A stretch of 63,932 bases of DNA, filler included, from Stramenopiles sp. TOSAG23-3 (lineage: Eukaryota): assembly GCA_900128585.1 (NCBI GenBank). It is 57 parts of 57 records of this genome, joined end to end, with 100 filler letters (N's around TTAATTAATTAA, not from the genome) between each part and the next. Parts side by side here need not be neighbours in the genome. Positions count along the whole stretch, not along the records: positions 23,728 to 24,753 come from LT646676.1; positions 24,854 to 25,878 come from LT646677.1; positions 25,979 to 27,003 come from LT646678.1; positions 27,104 to 28,128 come from LT646679.1; positions 28,229 to 29,253 come from LT646680.1; positions 29,354 to 30,378 come from LT646681.1; positions 30,479 to 31,502 come from LT646682.1; positions 31,603 to 32,626 come from LT646683.1; 49 more parts are not named here. The stretch is one strand, 5' to 3'. Both the position numbers and the translations under genes were made by a program. Below the pieces are notes generated by a model, which had not been told where the DNA came from, did not search any database, and worked only from the letters and a program-made list of their open reading frames with translations. Shown here one piece after another: positions 23,628 to 34,973 of the stretch. The stretch's first letter is position 1, and the number at the start of each line of letters is the position of its first letter.

Positions 23628-23738
23628 NNNNNNNNNNNNNNNNNNNNNNNNNNNNNNNNNNNNNNNNNNNNTTAATTAATTAANNNNNNNNNNNNNNNNN
23701 NNNNNNNNNNNNNNNNNNNNNNNNNNNAATCCTGAGCT

Positions 23739-24173
23739 GTGCCGTCAATCAGCGGCGGCATACTAGTAATTGTGCTGATTGCCGCACTGGTCGTGACTGG
23801 GCTCAGCTGTTGCGCATTCATGTGCAATTTTGCAGCGAACAAGAAAACAGAGCGTGCGCAGGGACGGGTTCACAAGTCACCAAACAAAATTGCCGACATT
23901 GAATTGGTCGACATCGGAAATGAAACCTTTGAGTTCACGAAAGAGAACCCCCTACACGCCAGTAAAACGACACTGCAGCAGAAGAGGAGCATGAACGACA
24001 TGTCAAAGCACCTGGGTGAACCTGGAAGCACCTGGACGAAAGAGAACCCCTTACACACTAGTAAAACGACATTGCATCAGAAGAGGAGCATGAACGACAT
24101 GTCAAAGCACCTGGGCTATTATGATAACCCGCTGAATTCGAAGAATGTAAAAACGGGAAAATGGAAAGGTTAA
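23739..24173 (+). CDS. Single-pass membrane protein C-terminus with a duplicated 33-aa cytoplasmic unit
   Basis: TM ILVIVLIAALVVTGL; TKENPLH.SKTTL.QKRSMNDMSKHLG x2 (99-bp period, 23937 and 24036). Confidence 0.65.
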   Translation: MPSISGGILVIVLIAALVVTGLSCCAFMCNFAANKKTERAQGRVHKSPNKIADIELVDIGNETFEFTKENPLHASKTTLQQKRSMNDMSKHLGEPGSTWTKENPLHTSKTTLHQKRSMNDMSKHLGYYDNPLNSKNVKTGKWKG

Positions 24174-24219
24174 TACGAGTTTAATACAATTCTTAAGTTT
24201 TATGTGTTAAGTAAAAGTT

Positions 24220-24711
24220 TTCAGTTCGCAGTACATTCAGTTCGCAGTACATTAATTTTAATTACTTAAATAACAGCCAATTTTCTTGTTTTTAGTAAAA
24301 GTTTTATCATAATTTAAATATGAATATTTGATAAACTGAATTAGGTTTTTTTCATATGATACGATATACGATATTGTTAACAGCCAATTATCTTGTTTTT
24401 ATTTCAATGTCTTATTTATTTACTTACCGTATTTACAGTTATTATATTTATATATTGACTACACTACACTGAAATTTCAGCTATGATACATATAATATCA
24501 TAACTAAATTCAGTTTTTTTATAAAAACAAGAAAATTGGCTGTTATTTAAGTTTTTTTAAAAACAAAAAAATTGGCTGCATGGAGTACGCACATGAAAAT
24601 GATACTCAAGACTAAGTGACAAGATAACTAAAACCGCAACAGTAGAGATCAGTTCGCAGTAAAATTAATTTTAATTTTAACTTAAATAACAGCCAATTTT
24701 CTTGTTGTTTT
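24220..24711. mobile_element. Cluster of dispersed ~57-bp repeat copies (MITE-like)
   Basis: Full reverse copy 24236-24293 with terminal 16-mer duplicated at 24220; partial 24378-24400; opposite-orientation cores 24523-24552 and 24559-24578; near-full copy 24649-24711. Confidence 0.65.
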
Positions 24712-25536
24712 AGTTAGTGGTATATTCAGTTTTTTAAATAATTTACTCTATTTNNNNNNNNNNNNNNNNNNNNNNNNNNNNNNNNNNNNNNNNNNNNTTA
24801 ATTAATTAANNNNNNNNNNNNNNNNNNNNNNNNNNNNNNNNNNNNNNNNNNNNATTTCAAACCCTGAAACAATTTCCCAACACATTCGAGTGTGTGCACT
24901 ACATTGATCAAAATGATCATCACATGTAGTTTGGTACGCGTCGACCAACTAGCTCGCCTTGCTAGTCCGTACCTGTGTCGATAATAATAAACGAATAATA
25001 AGATTCGTCTTTCTATAAATTCGTTACAGAAATCTTCTAGTTCTGTTCAGACGCTGCAATAGCATCTCATCGCTCTTGTCATCTCATCGTCCATCTTGGA
25101 CTTCTTCTTCCATCATCCTCCTCTCAACTCTCAACGTCAATAACTATCTATTGTCCTGATAGGGATCCGGGTGCAGGAATAAATACCTCGTCGCCTCGGA
25201 TAAAAAGATTATAGCGCTCTGCTATCGCTATTATTCTATAGTTAGCAGGCGAAATAATCAACCTAATAATAATTAATTTATTATAACAAAACATGTGACA
25301 CGTGACACGACGAAACTATTCGTAATAAAAAATGTTAAGAAGAAACCAACCATGTATAAAAATGGGTAATTCAAAAAGACATGGACGAAGGCAGCCCTAT
25401 GGGTTTATGTTAGAATTCCTTCCCCATTTTTGCAACCGAAAATAGATATATATTGTAGTACGCACGTCTTCGTTATATTTGCATTCAACTTTTGATTGAT
25501 GGGATAGATACATTACCTGGTTGCATTTTTCATGTC

Positions 25537-25878
25537 ATGTCGGGCAATTACGCCGAAATCGTTGAACTTCGGGGCTCGATCCTAAGGGCGATAATGAAGA
25601 AGAACCGGGGAGAACTCACTAGGGAGATAAAACGAGGGGAGCGTTTGAAGAATAATGGGGCGTTAGGGTTGCTTCTGAACGTGGCCAGATTAACACTGGA
25701 CATGTTTCAGGAAAGGAATAGAATGAAGAAGCGCTTGCTTGACTTGACAGAAACTATAGAAAAAGCAGATAAGGTCAACGAAGACCACGTCAATGAGATT
25801 ATTGAGATAAACAACAATGAGGTGAACGAGTGCAAAGAGGAGATTAGCCGTTTGCAGAAGAAAGTCAAAGCGCAGAAG
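25537..25878 (+). CDS. Hypothetical coiled-coil protein (5' part)
   Basis: ATG after AT-rich region; E/K-rich helical sequence. Confidence 0.5.
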
Positions 25879-25979
25879 NNNNNNNNNNNNNNNNNNNNNN
25901 NNNNNNNNNNNNNNNNNNNNNNTTAATTAATTAANNNNNNNNNNNNNNNNNNNNNNNNNNNNNNNNNNNNNNNNNNNNC

Positions 25980-27002
25980 GAGAGGAAGAAGGCCAGGGCA
26001 GAAAAGCGCGTTCGCGAACGTTCGGAAAGAAGGTCGAGGAATTCCGCGGAAAGAGCCGCAAAGCGAGCCGCGGCGCGCGAGGCAAGAAAAGCCGCTCGCC
26101 TGATGACGGCCAGGGAGAAACAAATCGCTGCTACCGTTATAGACGAAGGGAGGGACGGAACGATGAGCGAGCTGGTGAACGCGATCGCAGCAAAACTCCC
26201 ACCACCCGGGAAGACGAAAACGGTCATTGCGGACTTAGTTCGTCGCTTGGCGGTGAAGCGAAGGTCAAAGAAGCCCGAGGACAAAGCTGTCAAGACGAAG
26301 AAATGGTTTTTAGTCGAGCGGGCACTCTTGTTGAAAACAGAGGAGTGGGTGAAGCGGTGGGAAGCCCGAGGAAAAGACGCAGCGTTCATTGCGGTCAAGG
26401 ACGGGCCAGTCCCAGAGGACAAGTATCCCCTCCTGTTACGGCTGGTTCAGGTTTACGGAGCAAAGCCCATGGACGATTTGATCGAAGTTGTCCAGGAGCA
26501 CATACTCCACGTGTCCGCCTCCCAGTGCAAAGCGAAAATAAAGGAAATGGCGCTGAAAGACAAGAGGCTTGGCCAAAAGAAGAAGCGGTGGAACATCAAC
26601 CCACAGTTCTTTCCTGTGCTAAACAATGCCCCGAAGAGGGACGACCTGGACGCCATCAAACAGGCATGCGAAGAGTACATGGTTGACTACGACGAAGCGG
26701 AAGCTGACGCAGACAACGATGACGATTCGAGCTCGTCAGATTCCGATTCGTCGGATGATTCCGATGGAGAGTACGAGTTTATTCAGAAAAATGGCCCAAA
26801 ACGACCGCCCACCGCGTTTAACACGTTCTGCACCCAAGAGCGAGCCAAACTTTCGTCCGCACGGCCGGAACTCAAGGGGCGTGAATTAACCAAAGAGCTG
26901 GGGGCAATCTGGAAGGACTTGCCCGCGGAAGCGAAAGCACCAATCTTGAAAATAGTGGCCGGAACGAAGAAGAAGTACGAACAAGAGTACAAAATTTTCG
27001 AG
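25980..27002 (+). CDS. HMG-box protein (fragment)
   Basis: PKRPPTAFNTFCTQER...LTKELGAIWKDL..EAKAP after an acidic stretch. Confidence 0.88.
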
Positions 27003-27594
27003 ANNNNNNNNNNNNNNNNNNNNNNNNNNNNNNNNNNNNNNNNNNNNTTAATTAATTAANNNNNNNNNNNNNNNNNNNNNNNNNNNNNNNNNNNNNNNNN
27101 NNNTTCATTGTAGATATATGGATTTATATTAAATCATTTCTCAATATTAATTATAACTAAATAGAATTAAACAATTATATAAAGTATACATCTTTATATA
27201 ATCACAGCATATATATAATACTTATAGACACATATAATACTTATAGACACATATCCTTAATATTGGATTAGTTTTTGTCATTTTACATTTTTTTTGATGA
27301 GAAGATGAGTCAAAGAAAAAATAATAATAATAGACTAATAAATAATAAATAAAAAAAGCAGCAAGAAGTGATGAGTGCAAGAAGAAGAAGAAGAAATTCA
27401 AAGATTTATTGATTGAAAGATAGAAAAGAAGAAATTGTATTTTACTTTTATTCAAGCATAGATTCGTTTGTATTCAACAGACGCATGCACGAAAAATATC
27501 GATTTTGATCCTTGCGGCAATACAAAACTCCATTCCCGGACGCACTCAGTGTGTGCAATCCATATCCGTCTACATTTATTCAGCCACACGAGAA

Positions 27595-28128
27595 ATGTTG
27601 CTGCGGAAAACGACTTGCCGAAACGTTCAAAAGCATGCGCCAAGGCTTCGGAGAACGTTTGCTTCGGCAGGGGGCAACGGTGGGAAAGGCAGCATACGGC
27701 CTTTGAGACGAAGGGACTACCGGGAGTCTGATTTTTTGTTGCCACGGGTTGACCTTTCGTTCGATCTGGAGTCTCCGGACAGAGCGTCGGTGCACTCGAG
27801 GCTATACTTTTCACGGCAGGAGCATGCCGAAAGCGCCGACCTTGTGTTGGACGGGGACGCTGATATTGACCTTCAGAGCATTTACGTCGGGGAAATTAAA
27901 AGCAACGGGCTGTCCTTCGGCCGAAGTTTGGCGCCGTCCACAGACTACGTTTTGTCCGATGATAAGCTGACCATACACTCCGACGCCCTTCCAGACGCCA
28001 GCGAATTTACCATCGACACTCACGTTGAAATTTCGCCAAAGAAAAACCTGAGCTTTGCAGGGCTGTACATGGACGGGGGTGGGTCTTTCATTACACAGTG
28101 CGAGGCCCATGGCTTTCGACGAATCACG
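27595..28128 (+). CDS. pepN: Aminopeptidase N (M1, PepN type) with a probable organellar transit peptide (5' part)
   Basis: RRRDYR...VDLSFDL, LVLDG, NLSFAGLY, TQCEAHGFRRIT; Arg-rich N-terminus. Confidence 0.9.
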
Positions 28129-28294
28129 NNNNNNNNNNNNNNNNNNNNNNNNNNNNNNNNNNNNNNNNNNNNTTAATTAATTAANNNNNNNNNNNNNNNN
28201 NNNNNNNNNNNNNNNNNNNNNNNNNNNNCATGCGAAGTACATTGTTTCAGAAATATCCATATTGAAAGAAGAAAAGAGAAGAAGAAAAGAAGAA

Positions 28295-28334
<40 letters not shown>

Positions 28335-28691
28335 AAAGGAAGGAATATATAATAGTATGATACTAAAAAAAAAAATGTTTTTTTGTGGTTGGTCATGCAT
28401 GATTTTCATTCTTATTAACATATGAATAGAATGAAATCAAATGTTCTGGGTAATAGTTGTACGAGGTAGACGACGAATATGCTCATAGCTGTAGATAGAC
28501 TACGAGGATTAGAAAAAAATAAATGTGGTGACGCACATATGTGACAATAAAATTAAATAATATAGAAAGACAATAATAGAACTTCGTATTATTATTAGTC
28601 TAGTCTAGACTAATTAATTAAATAAAATAATATACCCATAGGCCACAGGGACCCGACAAACAGAGATTCACTCACTCACTCAATTCTGATC

Positions 28692-28721
28692 CAGATTCAG
28701 ATTCAGATTCAGATTCAGATT
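28692..28721 (+). repeat. (CAGATT)5 microsatellite
   Basis: Direct inspection. Confidence 0.9.
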
Positions 28722-29754
28722 CATTGGATTCATCAGAAATCAGATCTACGCAAAAATAATTTTAGCTTTTTTAATCAGTTGTTCTTGTTCTGTGTGTATG
28801 TAAATTAACTACGTACATGTTTAACATTAACACAGCATTGAATTTATTGATGTCGGAGAATATAGTATCTTTGGCGCGGAATTGAAAAAGTGCAAAGGAA
28901 TTTGTGTTAACTATTTTAAACGAAGAGATCTTTATGAACAAAGAATAATTTTTTAAAATTTAAATAGTCAACAGTAGTTTTAGATATATAAAATTATGCC
29001 TGATCCGTTCGTTTTTCAAACACCAAAAAAGAAACTAGTGGTTGTTGGGGTGGCGTATGTGTGAAATCGTCCATTTCACAAAAAATTGTCCCTAGGAACC
29101 GAAATTCCAAGTCAATGGAGGGCAAACAATTTATAAACTTTCGTTTGGAGCCGAACATCGTGGTCGGGAAGATTTTCTGGTCTGAACTTTTGCAGATAAG
29201 CGTTCCATTTGCATCCGATTGTCATTTTCTGCCGGAACGCTTTTGTACTTTGANNNNNNNNNNNNNNNNNNNNNNNNNNNNNNNNNNNNNNNNNNNNTTA
29301 ATTAATTAANNNNNNNNNNNNNNNNNNNNNNNNNNNNNNNNNNNNNNNNNNNNTTAATTTTCAATACTCACCTATATATTCCTATTATATATTATTATAA
29401 TTTTATTATCTATTATTTTTTTTATATTTTTTTTTATTATATTATTATTGAATTTGGAATTTGGATCGATCGACGACGATGAAGAAATAAAAAGAAAAGA
29501 GAGCTATTTTTATTACATGTGCACCACTTTTCCGTCGATATTTTAGGGTTATAAATAGGGTATTATATTTTAGCTTTTGTCCTTAAAAATTAATTATCAT
29601 AACTGCCAATACTATAATAAACTAAACTAATGATAATTATTTTTAATTTGATAGTACAAACACTATATTTCCCTATGGCATTTCTTCCGGAAGGTTACCG
29701 CCCTCAACACCAACGCCCTCAACACCAACGCCTTCATCGTCCAGTCGACAGACT

Positions 29755-30378
29755 TTGGGACCACAAAGCGCGCCTTCAGAAGATGTTCAGCAAAAAACGC
29801 CAACGGCAAAGACTACCCTGGGAATCAGAAAGCAGACTCCAACCACAAATTCGAAAAAGAAAAAAACACGTCGTGTTTTGGAACCTTCAGATACGTCAAG
29901 CTCCAGTCTTTCCAGCGCTACTTCGTGTACGTCGTCAGAATCAGAATCAGAAGAAGAGAGAGCTACAGAATCAGAATCAGAAGAAGAGAAAGCTACCAAC
30001 AAAACTCTGACCCAAACAATTGAAACCCAAATTGAAAAAGCGAAAAAAAAATATGAAGAAACGTATGATGAACCATACGTGAAGACGGCGTTGCTGAAAC
30101 GTAGCCTTTCTACCCAAAATCGTTTGGCGAAATTTAAACAAAACAAAAATGAAAATGCCGAAATACGAAAAGAACAAGAACAACGACTTGCGACTATAAA
30201 CGAGGAAGTGACCGACGCACAATTAGAGGGAATGACTCAAGAACAGTTGAAAAGTTTGATTCTGGCTAAACGAGCAAATCCAACTTCTCCACTGACTTGG
30301 TCTGTACTAAAGTTAAATGCAAAAATTGCAAAATTGGAGGCAGACTTAAAAGTAGCAAGAGATAAGTTGTCTGACGCC
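29755..30378 (+). CDS. Low-complexity S/T/E/K-rich coiled-coil protein (fragment)
   Basis: Long open frame with SESESEEE repeats; true start probably in an upstream exon. Confidence 0.55.
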
Positions 30379-30620
30379 NNNNNNNNNNNNNNNNNNNNNN
30401 NNNNNNNNNNNNNNNNNNNNNNTTAATTAATTAANNNNNNNNNNNNNNNNNNNNNNNNNNNNNNNNNNNNNNNNNNNNCGTTTCGTGGTCGTATACACAT
30501 ACAGATGTAAGTGTACCTTCTGGGAATCCTAAACGGCTAGGCCGGTCAGCGATTTCCGAGGTAAATATTAATTTTGCTTTTAAAAACAAAATATTAACTG
30601 CTATTTAAAACAAATAAACT

Positions 30621-31353
30621 CAAGAAAACTGGCTGTTATTTAACTAATTAAAATTAATGTACTGCAAACAATATCATCCACTGTACATACTATATCATTA
30701 GTTTTTTTTCTCCATCCACTGTACAAGCCGGAGCGAATTGCCAGGAGGAGAAAGAATTGATTGTACTCACGGTAACATCGCCCCTATAAGAAGAGTGACC
30801 CGCCTTTAAGAGATCACTACTTTGTAGACACGCCGGAAGAAGAACCGGTTGACTGGGATGACAGTGAACTCCCATATGGGGCCTTGAATTTAAAAGAGGT
30901 GGAGTGGGATGTCAGCTCACCGGATACGACGAATGACCCGAAGAAAAAATCGTCCCCGACTGTTCCCAGAAAAAATATTGGGAACACTGGCAAGCCAACA
31001 GTGCATAAGAGGAAGAGAAAACTAGTAATTTTTGGTGGAAGTACAACAAAAAGTCAAGAGAAACAAAAAAGAGAGAAAAAAAAAGAAGGAAGAGCAAAAA
31101 CAGCCAATTTTTTGTTCTTAGAAAGAGCCAAACAAAAAACAAACAAAAAACTTAAATAACAGCCAATTTTCTTGTTTTTAAAACAAGAAAATTGGCTGTT
31201 ATTTAAGTAATTAACTGTTTTTAAACTATAGTACAAACACAAAGAACGATGATTTTCGAAAGAAATAAAAAATTGACCTGAATGGTTTAACATCAAATTA
31301 AAACAAGAAAATTGACTGTTATTTAAGTAATTAAAATTAATGTACTGCGAACT
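30621..31353. mobile_element. Second cluster of the ~57-bp repeat family, including a 59-bp palindrome
   Basis: Copies at 30621-30669, 31099-31116 (partial), 31150-31208 (palindrome) and 31300-31353. Confidence 0.65.
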
Positions 31354-31604
31354 CGCGCGCTGCTCTAGGTTTTTCCTGGAAGTCTAATTTCGTCGCCTTT
31401 TTCAGGGAGCTGAGGGACGTTCAAATTTAGTTCCTTCTCCACCGAAAGCAAAAAATGAACCATGTGGGCGTTGATGGCGTTCTTTTTTTTGTACTTTTCG
31501 CGNNNNNNNNNNNNNNNNNNNNNNNNNNNNNNNNNNNNNNNNNNNNTTAATTAATTAANNNNNNNNNNNNNNNNNNNNNNNNNNNNNNNNNNNNNNNNNN
31601 NNAA

Positions 31605-32624
31605 CGGGCGCTCCTTCGCCTGCGAAATGCCCTGGACTGCAGTGTACGGCTGTACTGGAGAGGGCTAGATGCACTTTTAGGGCGGGAAATGAAACGTTTG
31701 GAACAGAACAGCGTGGAGCTGGAGACCTTGCTGCGCAAAGCTGAGTTCCACAAGTGCATGTTTGCGCTTTGCGTAGATGTCATATTGGTTGCAAACAACA
31801 ACAACTCGATGGTGTTTCCTGCTGTCCCAGAGCGTTTGAAGATTCACCCGAGCAGTTTGGTCAAAATGGTAGAAATATTTGTTCGCGGGGAGCCGTCGCT
31901 TCCAGGGCAGCTTAGGCGACACTTGCGCTGGTGCGAAGAGCAGATTTTGGAGAAACACGCCTGGAACAGCACGTCGCCGATGCTGAAAAAATTGGGGACC
32001 CTAGCGGTCCCCTTGGGCCAAATAGAAGCCACGGCGCAGACGGCCCCTAGTGGTAGGCGATCCGGGATACCTTTTACTGTCGACAAGTTTTTGGAAAAAG
32101 TAGAACAAGTAGCCGCCAGCCGCCTGAGGAACTTGAGCGAGCTCCTTAACCTGGGTGGGGCGATCGTTGACCAAGCGTGGACGGTGACTCGGCATGCGCT
32201 CCTATGCAAGTATGAAATCCTGCAGGGGCGGCACTTGCACCAGGTTATCCTGTGCTCTGTGTACGGTATTTGCAAAGTGAATGAGGTAGACATGACATTT
32301 GCCCATATCATAAACGCGTACAAAAAACTGCCAGAACTGTTTTCGCCGGCGAACCTATCCGCAAAGACGCAGCAGACAGCTCGGCTCAACGTTATTATGG
32401 ATATTGATCTGAGGCATGGTAATCAGGGCGAAAATTCTAGGGGGGACATTATCAAATTTTACAACGACATATTTATCCCCTGCATGAAAGAGTTCCTGAT
32501 GAAGTTTAAGGTTCCAGCGTTAGCCTCTGCAACGGTCCAAGCTGTCCCAAAAGAGAGAACGAGTAGCCTCCCAGCTTCGCACCGCGTGGCTTCGAACGTG
32601 TTTGTGATTGCACCGCGCGGCTTA
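31605..32624 (+). CDS. RBR: Retinoblastoma-related protein (pocket A and B)
   Basis: RLYWRGL..LL..E, FHKCMFALC, LRRHLRWCEEQILE..AW (RB_A); RHLHQVILCSVYGICKV, DIIKFYNDIFIP (RB_B). Confidence 0.92.
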
Positions 32625-32801
32625 AANNNNNNNNNNNNNNNNNNNNNNNNNNNNNNNNNNNNNNNNNNNNTTAATTAATTAANNNNNNNNNNNNNNNNNN
32701 NNNNNNNNNNNNNNNNNNNNNNNNNNACGATTGTAAAGATTTACTGCGCGCACGTAATAAAATGTTTAATGCGGTTTTTGAGGCACCCTTCTTTCAGAAC
32801 A

Positions 32802-33749
32802 CTATGAGCCTGCTTCGTCCCCAAAGGGGGTCGCGCTGTACGAGATCGGGTTGTACCTTCTCCTGCTGAAGCTATGGTTGCTGCTGCCCGCAGATGTTGC
32901 CCCGCCCGCTCTGGAGGTCACCGTTGACGACGACGATGCGGTGGACGTCACCCTGCTGCCGTGCTGGCCTTTGCGCCCGTTCTTCTTGCTCCCCACGACC
33001 AAGCAACCGGGGATGGCGGGGAGAAACTTTATGCTCGCGTTGACGTCCTTCGCCTCCGCGTCCTTCTTGCGCGTCAAGTTCTTCTTGATCCATTTGCTCT
33101 GCACCGCAACGGGGCTTATCAATTGCTGCTCTTTGGGGGAGAGCATAGAGGTCTGCCCACGAATCTCGCGTATGTGGCTCAGCTTTTCGTTCCTCTGGCG
33201 CAGGATGCCGTCGTTGTACATTTTGCGATTAAACTTGTAGATTTTGTCCCCCATCGCGTTCGAGACTATGGCGTAACGCAGCTCGTTGATGCTTAGCTCT
33301 CCGTCCTTGTTCGTGTCAATGACATCGAACGCCCGTTTCAGCATTTTAGTGGGCGCGCGGCTGTACCCACCGAAGGCCCTGATCCTGCCCTTGAATTCCC
33401 CAAAGTCTATCATTTGATTGCTATCTTGGTCTAAGTCAGCAAACATTTCTACAAAAGTGTCCAGGGTGCCCCCGGCTTTGTTCGCCGTGTAGTTTCGCAG
33501 CCAGTCGATCAGACCAACGGCGTCTTTGTCGGATTTGTTAGAGAAGGGTTTGTCCGGGCGAAGCGCTTCGTTTTTCTTCCGCTTTCGTCTCTTCTCGATG
33601 GTCTCCACCCTCTGCCGCCGGCGCTCCCGTTGCTTCAGTTCCTTCTCCAGCGACCGGATTTCCTTTTCTTGCGCGCTGAGGGCCCGTGCCGCAAAGTAAT
33701 CGTTCCGTTTCTGGTCCAATCGTTCCTGGCGGGTCGTCAGCATCGAACG
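32802..33749 (-). CDS. EF-hand pair protein (3' part)
   Basis: DQDSNQMIDFGEF and DTNKDGELSINEL loops. Confidence 0.85.
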   Translation of the reverse strand, partial: RSMLTTRQERLDQKRNDYFAARALSAQEKEIRSLEKELKQRERRRQRVETIEKRRKRKKNEALRPDKPFSNKSDKDAVGLIDWLRNYTANKAGGTLDTFVEMFADLDQDSNQMIDFGEFKGRIRAFGGYSRAPTKMLKRAFDVIDTNKDGELSINELRYAIVSNAMGDKIYKFNRKMYNDGILRQRNEKLSHIREIRGQTSMLSPKEQQLISPVAVQSKWIKKNLTRKKDAEAKDVNASIKFLPAIPGCLVVGSKKNGRKGQHGSRVTSTASSSSTVTSRAGGATSAGSSNHSFSRRRYNPISYSATPFGDEAGS

Positions 33750-33959
33750 GNNNNNNNNNNNNNNNNNNNNNNNNNNNNNNNNNNNNNNNNNNNNTTAATT
33801 AATTAANNNNNNNNNNNNNNNNNNNNNNNNNNNNNNNNNNNNNNNNNNNNCCACGACGAGAAAGAAGATATCCCGTTTGCAGTTGTTCAGCAGCATTGGT
33901 TACTTGGTGGAGGTTTTCAATTCGAAAAAACAAAACAAACACTCACACACACCACCACC

Positions 33960-34871
33960 ATGTTTATGGGAGAGGACGGTTGGGAAGGGAAAACCTCCGA
34001 GAGCAAGACCAGCGGTGGGTACGGTCGCCACACCAGCCGTGGGAGCAGCAGAAGCGCGATGGACCATGACGTTCTTGGCGAAGCGACGGAAATGCTGCAG
34101 GACGGTAGTAGCGGCTATAGCGCAGGACCCAGCCAACGGGAACGAATGCAGGAACGCGAACGACAGCGGGCGCGTCAACGTGCGGCTGGCAGTTTCGGGG
34201 GCGCCGGCGTGGCGCGGAGTGCCAAGCCGGGGATGGACGGGATGGCCAGCCCGGTGAAAGCCCGCGAGTTCTCTAGACCGAGGCAGAACCTGATGGGGCC
34301 ACGTTTCAGCGAGAAACCCAAAGGAGGCTTTAGTGGCTTCGACGAGACGACGTCGTTCGACCCTTTCGAGTCCGACGAGGAGGAGTTGCCCGCGGAGTCG
34401 TCCTTCCGCCCAGGGCCGCGGGCGGGCGGGAGGGCGCGCCCCGTGGCCGAGCCCATGCCTGGCAACGACCGCGACTTTGTGGAGGATGACTTTGAGAGCG
34501 CAGACAGGTGGGAGCAGCGCGAGGCGCCGAAGAGCTCGAAAAAGAAGAAAAGTAGCCGTAGAAAGGACGAGGGGCAGGAGTACGACAGCTCCGAGGACAG
34601 CCGTCACCAGAAGCAGCGGTCCAGGCCGGCGAAGCCGAAGCGGCGGACCGTGAAAGATTACACGGAGGAGGAGGAGGACGATGTCGTCCAGGAGATACGC
34701 TCCCCGGCCAGGCGAAAGAACGAGCGACTGAAAGAGTCCACGCGAAAGGGCCCGCGGCCGCCGGATGCGGGGGAGTACGGAGGGAAGCGTGCGGACGACG
34801 AGGCGTGGGGCGGTGCGCCCCCGTCTTCGGCCAAGAAGAAGAAGAAAAAGAAGAAAGGTGGCTCTGGGGAT
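33960..34871 (+). CDS. Disordered low-complexity protein (5' part)
   Basis: Long GC-rich ORF, charged, with poly-K tracts. Confidence 0.6.
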
Positions 34872-34973
34872 TCNNNNNNNNNNNNNNNNNNNNNNNNNNN
34901 NNNNNNNNNNNNNNNNNTTAATTAATTAANNNNNNNNNNNNNNNNNNNNNNNNNNNNNNNNNNNNNNNNNNNN

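Noticed and set aside
22741..23675. Long antisense or alternative-frame ORFs over GC-rich genes (also 371-901, 33900-34607, 61761-62671, 63517-63894)
   Set aside because: Shadow ORFs of recognisable genes in stop-poor GC-rich DNA; no motifs.
24220..24711. Repeat family as a CRISPR array
   Set aside because: Mixed orientation, irregular spacing, truncated copies, eukaryotic context and no cas genes.
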